A DNA stretch of 63,110 nucleotides, counting the filler, from Lenisia limosa (lineage: Eukaryota; Protista; Breviatea), in assembly GCA_001655205.1 (NCBI GenBank). It is 14 parts of 14 records of this genome, joined end to end, with 100 filler letters (N's around TTAATTAATTAA, not from the genome) between each part and the next. Parts side by side here need not be neighbours in the genome. Positions count along the whole stretch, not along the records: positions 1 to 5,200 come from LPNZ01005576.1; positions 5,301 to 14,132 come from LPNZ01007530.1; 12 more parts are not named here. One strand, 5' to 3'. The translations under genes and the position numbers were made by a program. The notes below the pieces were generated by a model that did no database searches, had not been told where the DNA came from, and saw nothing but the letters and a program-made list of their open reading frames with translations. Shown in pieces: positions 1 to 11,700 of this stretch (the stretch's first letter is position 1; each line of letters begins with the position of its first letter).

Positions 1-58
1 GAGGTTTTGATACGGCAATCATGTTTAATAAGAGGTTTTGATACGGCAATCTTGTTTA
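1..58. repeat. 31-bp direct duplication at contig start
   Basis: gaggttttgatacggcaatc(a/t)tgtttaat occurs twice. Confidence 0.8.
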
Positions 59-78
59 ATTTTGACTTCAACTGTAAC

Positions 79-2463
79 CTATTTGAATATTGTTGGACAT
101 TAGAATTGGCCACAGAAACGTCATTCCCAACAACCTTATAGAGAACAGATTCCGGGTCAGCAGCAACCTCGACCATATAGTCAGTGAGTTGTTCCATATC
201 CTAAATGTGTCAAGTCAGACACTCTGACCTGCAGCTCAGTGTTGCAAAAAAAAAAAGGGGGAAAAAAAAAGACAATGGACAGGTGAATTGCACCACTGGT
301 AATGGAATATTGTGCCCATGTTTTAATATATAAATTAGAAAATGTTAGTACCAGATGGAAAAAATATACTAATTGTCACTAACTTCATCCCCCAAGAAAG
401 AGAGGTAGTTATAGACATTGACGCCGCCGGCAGCGTCGGTCATAAACTGTTGTTGTTCGCCCCAAAGTTCGGTGGCTCGGAGGTATTCCCTCTGAAATGG
501 TCAATGGGGTGACTCGTGAAATGGTGACGAGAGGTGGTACTAGATAAGCTCAAGGTCATGTCGTTAATTATTTACGGTCGCCAAATCAGCTATTCCCCTT
601 CAAAACAGTAATATATTTCTGAGATATCCACACTTTATTTGTTTATGAGGGGAAACAAAGAAAAAAATACGATATATTACTATGCTCATTTCTCCCAATA
701 TCATCAGCTACTGATCGCTTACATTCTTCAGAGCCTTTGCCATTTTGGTAGCATACTCGTCAATAATTTTCTTTTCCTTCTCATCGATCTAGAGAAGCTG
801 GTTAAACATGTACACTACTTCTGAAGCATAAAAAAATAAACGAAACACTAACCAGAGATTCAGAAAGAAGGAAGTCTCCATATGACGCCACACTGCAACT
901 TGTAAACAAACGAAAGACACACAAAAAGAGGATATCACCGTTTTAACCTTTTAGCTCGGCATTAAACAGATCAAAAGACCCCCCAACGCGTGAATGGGTG
1001 AAATCCATGAGTCCCCAAGAGCGACGCTTTTGAGGTTAACGGGGAAGTTGCGCTCCACCAGAGCCAGTGCTAAATGGTCAAGTCCATTTCAAATCCTCTA
1101 ATAATAAAGCGCCAAAACAACGCACTTGATCAAAATTTGCATATCGATATGCATAACATATAGTATATAATTACATGAAATCCCCGCTCACCAATATTTG
1201 ATGCCATTTTGCCACCATAGGATTCAGCAAAGATATGGAGCTGCTTCTCAGCAAGGTCGGGGTGATCAGCGTAGAAGAGAGTCAACATTTCCTAAAGAGT
1301 AAAAAGAGCAAAATATCATACTTATTTTCAACATATCAAATTAACAATCCACTAATTACCAAAAAAAAGGGACGAAAGCTGTAAGTTACCACACAGAAAC
1401 TACCACATTTAAAAACTATGCTTATAATATTCTCCAGCAACATAAAGGAAATATGAAGAAAACTATCGTTTCTTTCCTATAAAAGAACATTAAGAACAAG
1501 ATCCTTGAACCTGCAATACACCTAGATTGAACTTTGATACTCCCTCAGACCAGGAAGTTGGATACGACGCACTCTTCAGATTTGCAGTACCCAAAGTGAC
1601 CACGTTCATGGTAGGACCATCCCGTGCCGATCTAGGTAACGATGTAAAAGGAGAATGGCAAGAAGAAAATTACTTATACAGAAAACATCACAGCTCCCAG
1701 CATCCCCTGACTACATCAACAATCGAAATCCTCCTACAGGCTGGTCAACAAACAACAAGTCGGCATACTGCGCCCATGACGACGTACGGTTGTTGTTATC
1801 CAGGTCAGTCGGGCCAATCTACCGATGTAAGTTTGAAATTAGAGTTCGTTTAAAATAGGAGTAACTCCGAGTAATTAATTATTAATTCACAAAATTTGAA
1901 ATTACATTATTTGGGATTGAGTTTATAATATCATACCATATGTCTCACTTCAAATTTTCAATTAAATTTTCAATTAATTGTCCTAAGAAATGGTGACTTA
2001 TTCTCAATCTGAATAACATCAAATCAGTGCTTGTATTCCATTCTTCAGCAAATCATCTACCAACCTCGCAAATGTCACCATACATGGAGGCGCCACCAGG
2101 TCCGCCTTGAAGGTAAGAAAAAGGAGCTGAGTTGACAGAACTAGGAACAAAGAGAACAAGAGAACATAGGTCCGTTAAAATAGGTTGAGAATCCCAACAA
2201 CAAAAAAACACCCACATTTAAATAAGTAAGGTCTTAACAAAAAAAAAGGTACACACTATTGTTTAAAGAGATGTTTTCACCATACCTTGGAGCCAGATGA
2301 TAAAGTGATCAGTAGATTTCTCAGCTTGATGGAGCATGGTGAACATCTCTGCTCCTTTGTTCCCGTACTCGCTTCCAACACTATAGTAGGCAGGAGTACC
2401 AGAAAAGGCGATGGAGAGCGATAGAAGAGCGCAGAGTATCAAAATACCGGCTTGTGATCTCAT
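79..2463 (-). CDS. Secreted serine carboxypeptidase, peptidase S10 (SCPEP1-like); 3' end runs off the contig
   Basis: Phase-consistent exons 2463-2286, 2105-2065, 1818-1738, 1631-1551, 1291-1192, 1069-988, 892-853, 788-723, 491-384, 200-79. They give a signal peptide plus WLQGGPGG, LFVDQPIGTGWSY, catalytic ESYGG and VALGDSWISP motifs. Confidence 0.93.
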
Positions 2464-2889
2464 TATGACTTCTTTCTCAAAAACGGCTCAATTTATACCC
2501 TCACAAGAAAAGAATGTACTAAACTGTATCGTAGCGAGGTAGCGAGTCAGTGATTTGGAAACTTCATAAATGTTCTTATATTTCGCAACCTGTCGATAAA
2601 ATCTTTCGATTTTGAAGATTATTGAAAATGTCTTTATCATTCTTTAACATCCTTTATTCCGTTTTAAAATTGATAGTCTCAAATAAGTGGAAGAATATTA
2701 GAACAATCTTTTAGTTTTCTTATTCCTTGTTTGTGTTTCCTACCCCCTCGTTGCTTTCCAGTCAAGCAGCGTTTGATATATTGGATAAAATGTAATAAAC
2801 TGGAAGGAAGTTTGCGAATATACCACCTCTCCCTCTGGGGAGGTTGATGGTCCACAGCTAATCTATCATCTTTGACCTGTATCTACACC

Positions 2890-5075
2890 ATGGCCGCTGC
2901 ATACATATCAAACCTAAAGTCAAAGTTTGGACAGAAGAAGAAGGTTGCTATTGTTGACAGTGGGCGGGAAGGTTCGGCAACTTTACTGATATCAATTCAA
3001 ACCTTTTGTTTTTCTTCATGGGAATTGAAGCAATGCGATTTTTTGAACAGTTTCACTTTATCGGTCAAAGTTTTGTAGTAATAACCTGTGATAGATTTCA
3101 CCAAAGAATTTGAGCCATTAAACCCCTTCCTCCCTGCTTTCCTGGAGAATGCCTTCTTCACACTTGCCGACAGAGGTAATGGGGTGGTCGAGTTTTTGAA
3201 GTCTTTTTGGGTGGTGTAAAAACAAAGATAGTAACTGTATGCGCTGTTTGGTGTTATTTATTTCACCCCACCTGTCTCCAGTGTTCTTGATTTCCAATGC
3301 TTCTGACATTTCAGGCCTGGAAATTGAGGGGTTGTTCCGAATTCCGGGACCAGTGGTGGAGATCAATGCCATTCGCGAAAAGCTGGACAAGGGTGTGTGG
3401 CAATATACTATTTTGCATGAGAAACTATCTTTTAAAGGCGTTGTACAGTATATCATTTGAGACAATATTCTGGTATGTATAGACTCCCTTTCAGATTATT
3501 GTGCTTTCTCTAACGGACAGGTACCCTGCCCAGTCTTACAGTATAGGTGAACTGGTAGACCTCTGTGAAGTCAAAAATATCCACACCATAGGTTTGTGTT
3601 CTTCTCAATATCCACACCATAAGTTTGTGTTCTTCTCAAAATTCCTTATTCTCTGAAGTCAATATACTGATGTGTTGCTCAATTCATATACTCTACTATT
3701 TTAATATTACAATTCACTCTTCATATTTTTGATGCTATTCCGTTCTCATTTATCACCACCCCCAGGCGGGCTACTAAAACTCTATTTCCGCTGTAAGAAG
3801 GACTGCCTTTTCACGTCGGAGCTCTATGATCTCTTTATTGCCGCCAACTGTGAGTTGGTTCTTATATCTCACCTGGAGTTTGGGGAGTTGAGGAATATTC
3901 TTCTTGATACTCTCATTGATATTGCTGTAATTCCAATAGAATATCAGTATTATTTATCATTATTTTACTGAGTTTGGTGGTCTTTGTTACCATCGTAACT
4001 GGCATGTTTAGGTGTTAATGAGACGAACACGCGATATACTATGATCAAGAAAGTCCTTCTCAATATGCCACCAGCTAACATCACAATCGCTTCCAAACTG
4101 TTCCAGTTCCTGCATACCGTTTCTCTGCATTCTGCAAAAAACAAAGTTTGCTATTATTGATTGATGTTTAATTTTATTATTTTAATTCCCTTTAAATCAA
4201 AGATTACCCCCTCTAACGTCTCCAGATGACAGCTCGGAATTTGGCCATTGTGTTTGCACCCTCTGTTGGCGGGTGTATAAGATGTATTCCTCAGTGAAAT
4301 GAACTGAGTTAATAAGAAGGTGTTAAAATTTCAGGAAGTTTGGGTAGTTCTTCTACTTTCTAATTTTGGGCACTTTCCTGTTTTTCTCACCCCCCCCCCC
4401 CCNNNNNNNNNNNNNNNNNNNNNNNNNNNNNNNNNNNNNNNNNNNNNNNNNNNNNNNNNNNNNNNNNNNNNNNNNNNNNNNNNNNNNNNNNGCAACCGAC
4501 ACCACAAACCTGGTGGAAACTCTCATTGAGCATTCAGACTACTTCTTTCCAATGGTTTGTTGGGGTTTATTGTCTATATATATTAAATTGTCCTGCTCAG
4601 CCCACATCACCACTATCAGGACCTTGAAATAGCGAACCAGTTCCAAGAGGAGTCGCAACAGTCCAAAACTTCGAGCACTGAAACGCAGAAGCCGACCAAG
4701 GCTGTTCTCGCTGTTGGGGTTAGAGGGCTATATCGTTCGGTTACTTTCTCCTGCTGCTCTCTGCTGGTATAGTACTCATTCTTTTGATTCATGCACAAAA
4801 ATGATGCCATCTTAAAAAAAGTTAAGAGCACATTAAAAGCCTACTTACAGGCAAAGACGCGACGCAAACCGCCGCCTGCCCCCACGTCGGAACCAACAAC
4901 CTCAGGTCCTCGCCAGGTTGGTTGGAACAATGGCAATACTGGACATTGCCAAAGGTTGGTTTTAGCCATCGTTTTGATGGAATACTCACATCAAGTTCTA
5001 TAACCCTCACCGTGGCAGCTCGGTCGTGAGCGGCGTGGTAACAGTACGTCCGAACCCGTTTCATCCCCGACTGAG
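2890..5075 (+). CDS. RhoGAP-domain protein, multi-exon, 3' end truncated
   Basis: Exons translate to GLEIEGLFRIPG (arginine finger), GGLLKLYFR, LFTSELY, NMPPANITIASKLFQFL, MTARNLAIVFAPS and LVETLIEHSDYFF, then a Pro/Ser/Thr-rich tail. Confidence 0.92.
3576..3637 (+). repeat. 31-bp tandem duplication spanning a RhoGAP 5' splice site
   Basis: aatatccacaccata(g/a)gtttgtgttcttctc x2; the first copy holds the exon end and GT donor. Confidence 0.8.
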
Positions 5076-5200
5076 GTAGGGATGTTGTTATATAAACAAT
5101 AAGGCTTCCCAACATAAAAATGGTGTTATTCATATTGGTATATGTTCATCGGAGTATTCTGTTTGTTTTTGGAAGCGTATCCTACTCTTTTTGTTTTACC

Positions 5201-5300
5201 NNNNNNNNNNNNNNNNNNNNNNNNNNNNNNNNNNNNNNNNNNNNTTAATTAATTAANNNNNNNNNNNNNNNNNNNNNNNNNNNNNNNNNNNNNNNNNNNN
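5201..5300. other. Artificial contig spacer, first of 13. Others at 14133-14232, 16512-16611, 20982-21081, 27667-27766, 30897-30996, 34855-34954, 37653-37752, 41963-42062, 47267-47366, 53839-53938, 55347-55446, 60846-60945
   Basis: Identical 100-bp N44-TTAATTAATTAA-N44 cassette with stop codons in all six frames. Confidence 0.97.
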
Positions 5301-5336
5301 CATTATTCTCTGTCATTTACCTCTCCCCCCCCCCAG

Positions 5337-6643
5337 GACGCTAGACGCCTCAACGTAGCGCTTACACGTGCCAAATATGGTCTTGTTCTTATTGGCTCAG
5401 CCAAAATTCTCTGCAAAGTGGGGGAGGGGGGTGACCTTTTCAATTGCCAACTTTGAATTCTCTCTGTGAATTTCTTATTTGCATTAATACAACGAAGCAA
5501 CACAGTAGGGCATTTTTTGGGTAAAAATAATTATGATATGTCTCTTACCGTCAAAGCAACAACCTTGGTTGAACCTTCTGCACCACTTCCAAAAGCATGA
5601 CGTCATCGTAGAGGGTGCTCTCAATGGCCTTAAGGTGGGGGGGGGGGGGGNNNNNNNNNNNNNNNNNNNNNNNNNNNNNNNNNNNNNNNNNNNNNNNNNN
5701 NNNNNNNNNNNNNNNNNNNNNNNNNNNNNNNNNNNNNNNNNNNNNNNNNNNNNCCCCGTATCACCATTATAATACCTTTATCAATTATCCCGTTATCACC
5801 ATTTTAGTCGTCCTTTATCCGCCTCCCTCGCGCCCACAAAGTGATCAACCAAAACCGCTTTGTTGCCTCGGACCTCCATCTTCAGATGCCGATCGCGTAC
5901 GCGGGTTTAAGCCTTCGCAGTGTTTGTTTTCTTTGTGTGAGTGTGTGTGAGTGTGTGTGAGGTTACAGACGCCCTGAACCGTTGTTCTATTAAATTATTG
6001 TCCATTCCAGTATCATATCACTTTTCTCATTTTGTAGCGATCAGCCTGGAGAGATCCCCTCGGCAGAGCCGGTAAGCTTAGTTATGACTTCTTTGTGTAC
6101 TTGTTAACCTTTCCCAACATTGTATTCATTATGCTCTTTTCCCGGCCAACTATTCATTTAGGTTGTGTATCCTATCCTGTTTGCCAATACACCAAAATAG
6201 AGTCTTTTTTTAGACCCAAGGTTAAGCTCCATAATAACTGATCTCCTCAGGAGATTGTTGATGACCAGGCGCTTGCTGACGGGGAGGGTGAATATGGCCC
6301 CACGACCTCTGCTTGTGAGCTTCGTCTTTCTCGATTTGTTACTTCTTTCACCTCTACTTATTCCACCTCAAATTCCCATACATGACACCCTCCCCCCTCC
6401 AGCCCTCAATGAAGTTCTTGGCTTCACCCCTGCTGATACCCCAACAGAAACATCACTGTCTGCTCTGATCAACAACTCTCAGGGTAAAAGGAGTCACACT
6501 ACTCAATATCCCTTCTCCTTTTTCATTTCTCATTTTTACATGCAATGATATTTACTTCTTATCTCACTGTTTAAGCTGCGCCCTTGACCCAGTCACAAAC
6601 AATGGTACACTCTCTCACCCTCACTCAAACCCAAGAACCCCAG
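5337..6643 (+). CDS. UPF1: UPF1 (NMD helicase), C-terminal exons
   Basis: DARRLNVALTRAKYGLVLIG (SF1 motif VI), then QQPWLNLLHHFQKHDVIVEGALNGLK and an S/T-Q-rich tail (LTQSQ...LTQTQ). Confidence 0.88.
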
Positions 6644-8724
6644 GTAGGACTTTTCCTTAATTGAGGGGTGTGTATGAGGTCGGGGAAGGGGGGAATGGCT
6701 TTTCTGTTATTCCCGTTTTACGCCCAAGATGGATGATATTGCGCTTCACATGGATTCCGAGAACATTAGTCGTCCCATGTATTAGAGAGCTAAACAGTAT
6801 GCTGGGGAGACAGGGATGGAAATGCATTGTTTTACCACCACCCGCCGTAAAACCTCACTTTTTCTCCTTCTTCATTATATTTAATTAGGTTCTGGCTAGA
6901 AAGAGCCTTTTTTTCCCAATATGATTGTCCAGGCCCGCTTTTCTGCTTCGTACAGTCGTATCTACTCTTCCTCACCCCCGGAAAATAAGTGTTTTTCAAT
7001 GAATAATTTGTCTTTATAAAAAATATTAGAGTCTGCTGTTTTTCTTACATCTTGCGTCACCCCTTCCCACTCAGAATTACATAAATATGTTATTTATACT
7101 GAACATTCTACACACCAGCTTCAAACTCGTCAGCCGACGCTTCGAGGATATGCAGCGGTTTCTGACTTACCTTTATTGTTTGAATATCCAAGGGTGTGTA
7201 CTTTCAACTATCGGAAGGGGGTCGTTCCTGCTTTTTTTAAGGATTAGCTATTATGCGTCATTGCATTTCAGCAGTGGGATCCCAAAGGCTTTGTCTCCCA
7301 TGGAAAACACTTCTAGTTTAGCTTTTGTAGATTAAAAGGAGATTAACTATCTGTCTGCGTATCGTTTGCGTGTAAATACGAAGTTCAAAGTGAGTGCAAT
7401 GCTTTGAGATGCCAGGAACTTGCCCAGAAGAGAGCAGCAGAACTTGCTTTAAATAAATGTTGAGTTTGGATTCTGGAGGATTTGGTTCTCTTTTAATGCG
7501 ATGGCTTAAATACTAATTGATTAAACTAGTTTCATGTCAGTAGAGCATTAAAGAGTTACTATGCTATCCCTTGCCTTCTTTTGAAGTCCATCTCTTTCTT
7601 CTTCCCAAGTCTACTGAATGTATTTTACGACGAACTGTACACTGTCCAACCAAGGTCAAAAACTCAAAAAAATACATTATACAACATTGAAAAGGTTCTA
7701 CTGCTACATCTAAATCGTTACATTTGAAACTATTTACCCCCGGGGTTCAAGCCCTATTACATTTATTGTCATCTTTTATTCATAATTTTTTATTGTTTTT
7801 TTGTTTTAGGCGACCTGTTCAGACCAAACTAGACCGGATCGTAGGGAAACACTTTATCAGTTACAATTCCTCGGTGGGGTATACTACATATACCGTTGTT
7901 ATTCTATAGTTCCTCTTATTTTTAAAAGATATTGATATGCTTCTTTCTATGATTTCAGTTTTTCCTTTTAATATCCATAAAAATTGACCAGTCTAGGACA
8001 CGTTGGCGAACATTTCGGCATTTTCTTTGGGCTGGTATATGGGTTTCTTCATGTTTCTTCACGTTTTTATGACTGTTTTTTATTATTCTAATAATTCTAT
8101 CTGATAAGCAAATATCCTTCGTAAATTGTGTATATATACGTTTCACGACCCTTTATATCTTAGAAATTCAGACATTTCTCTCTGAAAATCGGAGTGAATT
8201 GGTTGGAACCTGTCCCTAACTGAAAACTGAATGTTGATTGCACAAATATTACGTGGAGGGAGCGAATGGATGTCTGTTCTTTCTTTTTCCTCCAACAAAA
8301 AGTTTGAACACTTTAATTTAAAATTTTATCGAGTAATTCTTCAAAAAANNNNNNNNNNNNNNNNNNNNNNNNNNNNNNNNNNNNNNNNNNNNNNNNNNNN
8401 NNNNNNNNNNNNNNNNNNNNNNNNNNNNNNNNNNNNNNNNNNNNNNNNNNNNNNNNNNNNNNNNNNNNNNNNNNNNNNNNNNNNNNNNNNNNNNNNNNNN
8501 NNNNNNNNNNNNNNNNNNNNNACTAACATTTGCCCAAAACTGACACCTGCTGGTTCCCCAACATATGTAGAATGACGGGAACAGATTGGTTCAAAACATT
8601 AAATAAATACATATTGCATGAAAAGAGGCCAGCAGCGCATTCACATTCCATCATGACTCTAAATGAGTTAGGTTCTCTCAATAAAACAAAAGCCAAACAA
8701 AATAAAAAAACTTGACCCGCTTAC

Positions 8725-11700
8725 CTTCGTCAAGCCGAAGTAGCGAGGCTGCTTCTTCAACTTCTGGAGTACAGTGGTTAGTCCAAAACACAACCACCAA
8801 TAATTCATCGAAATGCNNNNNNNNNNNNNNNNNNNNNNNNNNNNNNNNNNNNNNNNNNNNNNNNNNNNNNNNNNNNNNNNNNNNNNNNNNNNNNNNNNNN
8901 NNNNNNNNNNNNNNNNNNNNNNNNCTCCCCCGGCACCTCCTCCACACTTGGCCCCTCATGGCTATTTTCCTAAAAGAAGGTGAGTTCTGCAATATCCTGA
9001 AAGTAAAGGTGTGTTCATCGAAATACTAGGTGAGTTCATGTGTTCATCAAAATATCCAAAGTAAAGGTGAGTTCATCAATATCTTGAAAGAGGAGGTGAA
9101 GACTTTTTCATTATAATTATTTTCATTGCTCTCCTTTGGTTTTTTTCAATCACAACAGCACCTTAGTTAAAAGAAAGAAAATACAAAACATCAGCATTTT
9201 CATGGTTACCACTCAAATAAGCCCACCACTCACCTCAATTGGGATGTCTTCGGCACCTTCAAACACATTGGGAGCCAGCTGAGACGACCCAACAGAACCT
9301 GCAAGACAATGATAAGGGGCAATAGGAGTGACAAATGATGAGGGGGAAAAGGAGAAAATCAGGTAGAATAACTGTAACAAAGTAGTAAATATATCAAATT
9401 ATCTTATTTAAAACAAGAAAAATAATATATTCTATGGACCCCCCCCCCCTCAGAAGACACCTACCATAATCATGACCAGAGTCCACAGACATCTTCCTCC
9501 TGCTTGATGGCGAGGGTTGGGGGGTATTGATGGGAGAGGTCGTATTTGACCTGGAATAATAAAAGCAAAGCCTCGAAGTACAAAACCATCTTTTTTTTAG
9601 AAGAAGTAATGGTTAAATTGTTTTCTAGAAAAAAACAAAACAAACAAAAATGATGTTTATCACCCTCCAACCCAACAAAAAAACATTCATAGGCTCCCTC
9701 CTCCATATACTAAAAAAGCCAAAAATCCCAACAAACGGCGGAGGCGAGGTCAGGGCAGCTATGCTTTGTCGCCGGCCAGATTTACCCCCTGGTTGGTCAG
9801 TTCAATCTCCAATTGCACCTTGGGCTTCACTTCGGTTCGACAAAAAAATTCCGTGAAATATCGATAATTGTCGAGGATTTATCGAGACATTCAGTCTTTT
9901 TCCGAACCAAAGTGAAGCCCTGATTGCAATGCTTCAGTTTAAAAATGAATGTCTTGATTAGATCATTCAATGTCTTTGTATTAGAACTTCGGGAAGCTCT
10001 CATATATCACTATCCCTTAGATTTATTACTGTATTTTCTTGTTCACAAAAAGCCTTACCACGAGCAGGGGCCTTCGGTTTTGATGGTGCCTTCTTTTTGG
10101 CGTCTTTCTTTGCAAGAGTTGCGTCGGATACCAACTTTGAGAACTTGGCTCCCTGATTTTTGTCCTGGATTGTCAGTAAAAAGGGTCAGTGTCAATTTCT
10201 ATTTTGCCGTTCTTCACCATCAGTTGGTTTTAATCAACCAATCTTTCACCCAGAATACTTATCGAGGCGGAGTTTTTAATTACCCCCCTCCCACTTTAGC
10301 AGCAACAGCCTTTATTTTCTGTCTTCGGCTTCTTCGAGCGTCGGCCTTCTCCTCCTCGTCTCCTCGTTCCTGAACATGGAGTTAGGGGTTGAAAGCTGGG
10401 GGGCAGTAAGATGAGATGAAGGACTAGGGGGAGGGGGATTCGAAGATAAGTTGGTATTCTCAGCATTTTAAAAGTTATATTGGGGGAAAGCTATAGTATA
10501 GCTACATACAATCATTATTCCCAGACATAAGGACATACCCCAATTGATATAATACATTATATAGTATATGATATACATTTGAATTTTGGCCTGACATACC
10601 ATACCCCCAAATAGCGCATAGTATATAGATATGACGTTGACCCTTAGGGGGGAGTACAATTGGAAAAATTATGAAACAAAAAATGCCCAAATCAACTCTG
10701 TTGGCTCTTCTGCAGCACCGCATCACATCGGGGATGAGCGCGCGCGCGGGGGGGGGGGGGNNNNNNNNNNNNNNNNNNNNNNNNNNNNNNNNNNNNNNNN
10801 NNNNNNNNNNNNNNNNNNNNNNNNNNNNNNNNNNNNNNNNNNNNNNNNNNNNNNNNNNNNNNNNNNNNNNNNNNNNNNNNNNNNNNNNNNNNNNNNNNAA
10901 CTGGTCTTCCAGGGCTTCAACTTGGTTGTGGAGCTCAAGAATCTCATTTCTAAGTGTGTGAAAGAGGACTCAAGAATCTCATTTCTAAGTGTGTGAAAGA
11001 GGGCTCAAGAATCTAATTTCTAAGTCTCAAGAATCTCATTTCAGAGAAGCAAACTTGGCCAGTCGAAAGCAATGTTATCACCATCCCCCGATAATCCTCA
11101 CTTCAAAGCAATATTTTCATCCTGATAGTCCTTGAGCTGTTCTCGGGTCAGTTGAAGGGATCCCTGGTCTTTTTCTGCCGCCTCAAGCTCCATCATGATC
11201 TGAAAGTATCAGGGGGTTCAATGTTCAATGTCTGTAAAAAGCCTGTGGTAAAACTATCGACGCCTTCTAAACACTTCTTCATGTAGGAAAACAGCAATAA
11301 ACCTCGAGCTGGAGAGAGGTTGAATCGATAATCAACAAGGTGGGTTCATTGATAACATTCAGAATGATACCGCAAAACTGAAATAGGAAAATACAACTCA
11401 GGCTTTCCTACGGTCTGAAAAAGACTGTTTTTATATCGATATTTATCGAGGATTTATTGAGAAATTCGGTCTCTTTTTGGGAACGTAGGGAAGCCTTAAA
11501 TGCAATATATTACTATTTCATCATATGATGCATTAGTGTCAGTCCACAAACCTGTCGGTCGTATTTATGCATTTCTTGCTTTTCTCGCTCGAAGTCCCCG
11601 ACAATTCCTTCCATTGTCTTACGGGTTTCTTCTTCCCTGAATTGGTGTGAAGAGAGAATAAAAAAGCTATCGGTGAAAGGAAAATTCAACGAAAACACAA

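Noticed and set aside
5225-5236. Recurrent TTAATTAATTAA palindrome as a biological motif
   Set aside because: Always centred in an identical 100-bp N cassette; it is an assembly spacer
7110-7460. Possible dsRBD-like remnant (ELAQKRAAELALNK)
   Set aside because: Short resemblance, multiple stops, no splice support
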